A stretch of 64,000 nt of DNA, taken from assembly GCA_963779615.1 (NCBI GenBank), contig CAVZZA010000004.1, forward strand, positions 192,001 through 256,000. Reading direction: 5' to 3'. Below, one piece after another: positions 57,733 to 64,000 of this stretch. The position numbers were made by a program, and so were the translations under genes. The stretch's first letter is position 1. Each line of letters begins with the position of its first letter. This DNA comes from an uncultured Nitrososphaeraceae archaeon. GTDB taxonomy: Archaea > Thermoproteota > Nitrososphaeria > Nitrososphaerales > Nitrososphaeraceae. The notes beneath the pieces were generated by a model. It saw only the letters and a program-made list of their open reading frames with translations, was not told the origin of the DNA and searched no databases.

Positions 57733-58818
57733 TTAATGTGTTTGAATCCATTTTCCAATTTTTGGCAAAACATTTTTTTGCGAAAAATTGCTAGCAATCA
57801 ACCCTACATGCCCTGTAGGAAATTTCATTAAACTTTTGTCTGAACTTGAAATTAGGTTGTTCAGAGAGCTACTGCTGTCTGAAGTTACCAGATGGTCAAA
57901 TTCAGCCACTACATTAAGAACGGGAACCTTAATGTTTGATAAATTTATCTTGTTTTCGCCCACAATCATCTTGTTTTTTGAAAAAAGATTTCGCTGATAG
58001 ATATCCTTTACCCATTGCCTGAATGTTTCCCCAGCAATAGGAGGTGTATCATATAGCCACTTCTCTATTCTTAAAAAATTTTGGACAAAGCTTTCATCTT
58101 CAAAGTTGTTAAATAAATTAAAGTATTTGTTTACACCTTGCTTGAACGGCTTTAGTGATGCATAAACCAGATATAAGAGTTCATATGGAAAATTTTCATG
58201 ATAGGATAGTATTTTATCAATATCCATATGTTCAGCCATGTTTTTTATTACGGACCTATCTTTCTCGGAGTCAACAATGGGTGCAATGGTAATTAAACTT
58301 CTAACGTTTTTTTGATACAATGAAGTGTACATCAAGGACATTGTACCCCCCATGCAATATCCCTGTAATGAAATCTGATCGACGTTTTCTATATTTTTTA
58401 TGTATTCCACACAATCATAGATAAATAAATTAACATAGTCATCAACAGTGATGTATTTATCCAGTCTTGATGGTGGCTTCCAGTCAATTAAATAAACATT
58501 CATACCCTGTTCCAGCAGGTTCCTTATCCAACTTTTATCGTTCTGCAAATCCAAAATATATGATTTATTTATTAATGCATAAACAATCAAAACAGGATAC
58601 TTGGAAGTTTGTTTTTTTAGTGGTTTGTAATGTAATAAACGAAAGAGGGTTGTTTCTTTTATTACCTCATATTCACTTTCACCTGTCTTGATTTTGTCTA
58701 TATTTGACAATAATTTTTTGATTTCTTTTAATTTTGAGAGGTTGTCGGGATTCTTTATAAATGTAAAATAATCATTTACTAAATAATTAAATAACGAATT
58801 ACTCATTGTTTTTCTCAT
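57733..58818 (-). CDS. phaC: Class III PHA synthase subunit PhaC
   Basis: PVLIVYALINKSYILDL, GYCMGG lipase box, DHLV, GHVG. Confidence 0.92.
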   Translation of the reverse strand: MRKTMSNSLFNYLVNDYFTFIKNPDNLSKLKEIKKLLSNIDKIKTGESEYEVIKETTLFRLLHYKPLKKQTSKYPVLIVYALINKSYILDLQNDKSWIRNLLEQGMNVYLIDWKPPSRLDKYITVDDYVNLFIYDCVEYIKNIENVDQISLQGYCMGGTMSLMYTSLYQKNVRSLITIAPIVDSEKDRSVIKNMAEHMDIDKILSYHENFPYELLYLVYASLKPFKQGVNKYFNLFNNFEDESFVQNFLRIEKWLYDTPPIAGETFRQWVKDIYQRNLFSKNKMIVGENKINLSNIKVPVLNVVAEFDHLVTSDSSSSLNNLISSSDKSLMKFPTGHVGLIASNFSQKNVLPKIGKWIQTH

Positions 58819-59389
58819 TTAATTTTTTTTTGATCTCCAGTGATATTTTTTTGATTTCATAAAGATTATAAAACAACAGGTCTTTTTCTTCTTTTGATAG
58901 CTGCTGTTGCTGTTGTTGTGACTTGAATAAAACGGAATTTGAATCATAAATTTTTTGGTAACTTTTAATCACGTCAATGCTGGAATTCAACAAGTTATTA
59001 TAATTGATTGAAAAGTCTGTTGATTGCAACATTGATGAAAACACATCTTCAAAGGTATTTATGATTATTTTTCTGATCTCATCGGGATTTTTTTCAGCTA
59101 TGGCAGATGATACCTTGTTTACGGCCAACAGGTAAGCATTTATCATACGTGAAAAGTATAAATTAAGAAATGACTGATATCTCAATAACAAATCACCGTG
59201 TTCTTTCAGTGTGTTTAAGTTAAGGTTTGGATCATTCATTAAAGAAGTAAATGGCCCCAACGCTGTAAGGCTATTTAATTCTGCTAACTGTTTTATAAAA
59301 TTTTCAAATATAGATTGAAATCCTATCCCTTCAGACAGAGTGCTTTTATTGTTTTTTTCCTCCCCACTATTGTTATTTTCTAATTGCAA
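58799..59389 (-). CDS. phaE: Class III PHA synthase subunit PhaE
   Basis: Directly upstream of and overlapping phaC; helical; C-terminal SKEEKD.L...LYEIKK...EIKKKL. Confidence 0.72.
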   Translation of the reverse strand: MQLENNNSGEEKNNKSTLSEGIGFQSIFENFIKQLAELNSLTALGPFTSLMNDPNLNLNTLKEHGDLLLRYQSFLNLYFSRMINAYLLAVNKVSSAIAEKNPDEIRKIIINTFEDVFSSMLQSTDFSINYNNLLNSSIDVIKSYQKIYDSNSVLFKSQQQQQQLSKEEKDLLFYNLYEIKKISLEIKKKLNEKNNE

Positions 59390-59942
59390 ATAATTGATTC
59401 ACCTCGGATTCGAAACTCTTGTAATTGTAATAATTTTCATTCACAATATTACTCTTTACTTTTTGCTATTATTAACTTTTTTTAATGGTAATGGACTATT
59501 GAAATACATTGCCATTTAATAAACTTAAAAATCAATTATTTAGGGTAAATTTTTCTATCAAATGGCAATTTTTAATATTTTTAATGCAGCAGGACAATTC
59601 CCAAAACACTTGGTAAAAAGGTATGGAAACACCCATTGCCAGATACATAATTGAAATTGAATTATCAAACGCTTCTTTCCTCAATGTTTAAGGATCATTA
59701 GAAATATCCGCCCAACCAGAAAAGCCTAATCCTAACAACCACTCACTATATCAAAAGATAGCGCTGAAGAATGCTATAATGGGTAATGTACATTCTTTAT
59801 ACAGAACGGTTGTATATGGCCTAAAGCGCATTATATATCAATTCAGTTAATCCAACACCATCATAATAAGAGACAAAGGCTAAAAGAACTAATCCCGTTT
59901 TAACCCAACAATTTTATAAGGTAATTTTACCAAGAGGTCTGG

Positions 59943-60031
59943 GGGTCCGTAGCTCAGCATGGATAGAGCGCCTGCCTTCTATCTTTAAGGGAGACAGCCG
60001 GAAGTCGAGGGATCGAAGCCCTCCGGGCCCG
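59943..60031 (+). tRNA. tRNA-Arg(TCT) with a 14-nt intron at 37/38 (59982-59995)
   Basis: Acceptor GGGTCCG/CGGGCCC, anticodon CT-TCT-A, intron TCTTTAAGGGAGAC forming a BHB (CTTC/GGAG helix, TAT and ACA bulges). Confidence 0.92.
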
Positions 60032-60073
60032 TTAACCATATGGGTTCAAATAATTTTTCATTTCCAATAACCA

Positions 60074-61409
60074 GTGAAGGGAAAGGAAGGAGATCAAACA
60101 ATGCCTGCTAGGTTAACAACAACTATCACAAACATAGAGAAGAAGGTAAAGAATCAGGTCAACAGACAACTGATAGAGGAATTCTTTCAGTATCTGACCA
60201 CCACTATCGACACGTCAGAAAGCTACCAAAATGGGCTTCTCAAGGTTTTGATAAGGTATGCAGAACACCTCGGTCCAGAGGTCACCTTTTATCAGATTCA
60301 GGAAAAGCAGCCGGTGCTAGGGTTCCTGGACTCAAAAAGGAAGACAGAGAGGGAAGACCCAGACAGGAAATGGATTACAACATGGAATGACTACTTGTGG
60401 AGGATAAAGTACTTTTTCAGGTGGTTATACAATGCCAAGGAAAAGGGTCTCAATACAGAGTCGTACGACAGTTGGGTCACACCATCTTTTATAAATATAA
60501 AGATGAAGTTAACAAAGAGGCTAAGCCCATATCTTGAGACGGAGATCTGGGATAGGGGCGACCTCTTCACAATAATAAGGTATGAGCCACATAAAAGAAA
60601 CAAGGCTGTGCTAGCCCTGCTTTGGGACTTGGATGCAAGGCCTCATGAGGTGACTTTGCTTAAAATCAAACACATACAGCCTGAAGGAGAGGTATGGCGA
60701 AGGCGAGATACCCCATGAGGCAAAAACGGGAAGCGGGCCTTTGCTGCTCACTTTTTCGTTTCCCTATGTGAGGGATTGGCTTAATGAGCATCCCTTTAAA
60801 AACTCGCCTGATGCTGCCCTGATTTGCAGTCTTTTAACCGGAAGGCCGATTAGACCAGACCAAATCAACGAGATCATGAAACAGCTCAAAAATAGGATAA
60901 TCCGTTTGCTTGGAGCATCAGAGATAGCTGAACAAGACGAAATTGACAAACTACAATACTTGCTAAAGACAAAGAAATGGAACCCCTATTGCATAAGGCA
61001 TTCGGCAATAACAGCCGATTCAGATCATCTACCAGATTATGCCCTAAAGAAGAAGGCGAGGTGGTCCATGAACTCAAAACAAGGCGCCCGCTACATCAAG
61101 AAAAGGATGGGCAACGAGCTCAAGGCCAAGATTCTTGAGTACAACGGAATCTCCATCGAGCCATTAAAAAGGCAAAAGCCGAGTGTTCTGGATTGTCCCC
61201 GGTGTGCGCTCGTTAACGCGGTGGATAACAAGTATTGTTCCAAGTGCAGCTATCCATTGACGCCTGAAGCCTATGACCAAATAAAACAAGGCGAAGAAGA
61301 ACGGTTTAAAGATTTAGAAAAAAAGTTAGTAAAAGACATGGAGAACAAGTTCCAGCAAATTCTATTGAAGGTTAATGTGGAGAAGCTGAAGGAAAGGGGA
61401 GTAGATTGA
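60074..61409 (+). pseudogene. Tyrosine integrase with C-terminal Zn ribbon; one +1 frameshift near 60680
   Basis: DARPHE (R); joined frame LKERYGEGEIPHEAKTG (K); YCIRH, RWS...RYI (Y); CPRC...CSKC. Confidence 0.85.
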
Positions 61410-61663
61410 TGATGTAGTCTTAGAAATAGCACCTGTAATCCGGTCCTATTAGATAACACAGGGCATTGGCTTCTTTGGTATCTATTACAATAGATTTATA
61501 TGACGGTGTATGTATCTTATATATAAACCTTTTTATTTACGTTAGTTGCAACTATAACATCAGATGAGTTTAAATTTAAACTGTATCAGCACTTTGGCAT
61601 GTTTTTATAAAAAGAAAAAAGGCATCCATCCACAGTAACTGGGCAATATTATATCGGGACCTG

Positions 61664-61921
61664 TTGGCAAAAGATTCGTACCCTCAAGCTAACAGATCAC
61701 CAAGTCCAAAGGTTCAGAAAACCATGAACCCAAACTACATTACCACTAACCGCTATAAAACCTGTACTGGTTTGGACTGTAACAATGTTGCTCCACACTA
61801 CCTTAAGATAATTTATACAAACTGCTCAGGCTGGTTTTGTGACGCCTGCAAAAAGGACTTGGAAGAAAATGGTTTGGTGGAATCCGGCTCCGGTTCCCCA
61901 CAGAATGGATCTGACTTTTAG
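61664..61921 (+). CDS. Small Zn-finger protein (probable start at MNPNY)
   Basis: CTGLDC...WFCDAC. Confidence 0.55.
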   Translation: MAKDSYPQANRSPSPKVQKTMNPNYITTNRYKTCTGLDCNNVAPHYLKIIYTNCSGWFCDACKKDLEENGLVESGSGSPQNGSDF

Positions 61922-62057
61922 TGGCCATCTCTGTTGTTACCGCCTTTAACGGCACTATTGAATACACTGTCTTTATTTTTTACTACAAGAGATACAAGAC
62001 ACTGGTCTTCAACTATCATTTCAACCTAATCAAAACTTTGGCGATAGGGAAGGGGCT

Positions 62058-63138
62058 TTGAATTCTAATAATTCTTCTGACGCTGATGCATATAAAACAA
62101 AAAAGAATGTACCTTTACCCCTTTTAAAAAGTGCACCAAATGGTGAATTGGTCCATAGTAACAAGCATAGGAGGTATGTAAAAAGATATCAGGTCAAAGA
62201 ATTAGCTGAAAAGAATTATGTAGAAAATGGCATGGGCATAACTTTCAAGGACATGATGACCAAATTTGGGGTCAGCAAATCAAAGGCCCAAAGGAAACTA
62301 AAGCATTTTTTGGGTGAAGGGCTTCTTTTTACGGCTGACAAACTCACAAAAGGAAGGGATTCATCTCAAAGGCATCAAACGTGAAAAATCCACAAAGATA
62401 TTACCTAACTGAGCTGAAAGACAAAGATAATTGAAAGCAGAAAAAACAATGTCCAAAAAGACACCACGGTGGATATGGTCTCAGAAATAGGCATTCAAAA
62501 GGCACACAACTTCCGCGAGTTGCTAACGCAACTCGCTCTCTATCTGCTATATATCCACAAACTGCAGCTTATGGACTTCCATACCCAGGGAAAACTATGA
62601 ACTCATAGGCTGGGCGTTATAAGGGAACCGCCAAGGCCATCACAGAGAGGATAGGCATTCATACTGTGGAGTTTCACATTCACCCTAACGGCAGTGTGAT
62701 GGTTTACGTTAGCTGCAGCAACAGGCCTTTTAGGCTCCATGATGAGCAGGATGTTTTGGATATCCTTTTCTTTCTCGGTAGGGTGGAAGATAGACTTAGG
62801 ATTACTGTTGTCGGATGTAAGGGACAATGTTATTCCGCCTGTAAGAAGGTGGATTCTAAAGGCTTGTGACGTCAGCAAGGATGTTGAGATATGACAGCGT
62901 TGCACAAATAACATTGCCGGACATACAAATTCCGTTGTTTGAAAAGGCCCTAAGGGGCTATGTAAAACCCATAGGGGACAAAGTCTTTTACCGAGTTGAG
63001 TATGCCCTTACACCCAATAAGCCAGTAGAAGAGGCTTTAAAGAAACTAAGAAAAGATGTTATAGATAGACAAAGACTCCTTATCGTTGTAGCCCTAGTTC
63101 CTAATCCTTTGTTTTTCCTTGAATACGGTGTATGGTGA
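62058..63138 (+). pseudogene. wHTH plus Rep_trans-like replication initiator, multiply frameshifted
   Basis: GITFKDMMTKFGVSKSKAQRKLK (HTH); joined frames give WILKACDVSKD, LRGYVK and YRVE. Confidence 0.55.
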
Positions 63139-63402
63139 TGGATGTTGTGGCCGCCATTACCTCCTGTACAATGGGCCGCCACCTGCAGACATCAATAAAA
63201 TGGTTCTTGGTATTAGAAACAATGCCATTGGAGTAATCCTACTGTAGCAAATCTAAAAGTCCACTTTTTAAGTCGTTGTTTGCGGACATACCTCTGTTAT
63301 GCAGTATAGTGTAGTCTTCTCTTCCGCCTTCGTCGATCTCCTTTCCCAGTGTTACAAAACCCTCTGTTCCAGTGCCCTCATGTTGCTCAGTCTTGTCTAT
63401 TC

Positions 63403-64000
63403 TTAAGTTTGACCAGATACAACGTCATCTCGTTTCTGTTCAGAGCCAAATTTGTGGAAATCGCCAGCAGCGGCTAGACGTTTAAAGCCATCAAATGCCG
63501 CATACTTGTAGGCCATTGTGTATGTCGGAGTTGCAAACGTCAGGTTGTTAAACATGTCGATTGTCCCTGAATTGTGAATCGTGGCCTGCCCGAGGGCGAT
63601 GATCTCTGACGCGATGTCGCCGAGGATATGAACTCCGAGCAAGCACCGGTTGTGACGATGAAACACCAGTTTCAGAATGCCGTCGGTGTCTCCCGAGATG
63701 GCGCCGCGGGGGATTGCTCCAAAACTGCAACGCCCGACTTCGTAATCGATCCCTTGCTCCTTCGCATCATCTTCAGTCAATCCGACTCCAGCCACCTCCG
63801 GCACTGAATAAACTGCCGACACGGGTAACGGGTCTAACTTCTCCTTGAAGCCTAGGCCCAATGCATGACATGCAGCTACCCGACCTTGCTCCGTCGAGAC
63901 CGATGCTAGCGAAGGACCTATTACATCGCCAGCAGCGTAGACTCCACCGACACTAGTCTGGAAATGATTGGATACTTCAACTACTCCTCGATCTTTCAGT
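63403..64000 (-). CDS. Soluble pyridine-nucleotide transhydrogenase (SthA)-like flavoprotein, C-terminal part
   Basis: Frame is open to the window edge: FQTSV.GVYAAGDVIGPSLAS...EQGR, VYSVPEV..VG.TE, LKLVF, LLGVH; TPTYTMAYK lacks the HPTxxE of lipoamide dehydrogenase. Confidence 0.75.
   Translation of the reverse strand, partial: LKDRGVVEVSNHFQTSVGGVYAAGDVIGPSLASVSTEQGRVAACHALGLGFKEKLDPLPVSAVYSVPEVAGVGLTEDDAKEQGIDYEVGRCSFGAIPRGAISGDTDGILKLVFHRHNRCLLGVHILGDIASEIIALGQATIHNSGTIDMFNNLTFATPTYTMAYKYAAFDGFKRLAAAGDFHKFGSEQKRDDVVSGQT

Larger units (their letters stand above)
60032..64000. mobile_element. Integrative element at tRNA-Arg(TCT); right boundary not seen
   Basis: Integrase ORF starts about 40 bp after the tRNA, followed by a Zn-finger gene, an HTH/Rep-like gene and GC-richer cargo. 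Confidence 0.7.

Noticed and set aside
59560-59870. Possible decayed membrane-protein gene on the minus strand between phaE and the tRNA
   Set aside because: Hydrophobic stretches are interrupted by several stops and no family is recognisable

Overview
AT-rich chromosomal window from an ammonia-oxidising archaeon (Nitrososphaeraceae; the 16S rRNA, gene set and low GC fit Ca. Nitrosocosmicus). Core content: scpA (partial), pth2, split B12-dependent methionine synthase, rps26e, NAD kinase-HTH, pyrG, trpCBA, thrS, agmatinase-family gene, polB, a 16S-23S rRNA operon with visible long-range processing stems, and phaE-phaC with an AbrB-type regulator. Accessory content: (i) a decayed IS6 and a mosaic island at about 9-16 kb; (ii) a tyrosine-integrase element next to tRNA-Arg(GCG), with an ATPase/helicase gene carrying two inverted 9-bp-period GTGAC arrays (candidate intragenic origin) and an AEP-PriX primase; (iii) a 7-enzyme glycan-modifying cluster (hyaluronan-synthase-like GT2, two ATP-grasp ligases, PHP hydrolase, BshC-like protein, PIG-L deacetylase, NDP-sugar dehydrogenase) whose product I cannot assign; (iv) a second integrase element next to intron-containing tRNA-Arg(TCT), with a frameshifted HTH plus Rep_trans-like initiator and a GC-richer SthA-like transhydrogenase. 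Frameshifts cluster in the mobile regions and may be partly sequencing error. All calls come from manual motif reading; no database searches were run.
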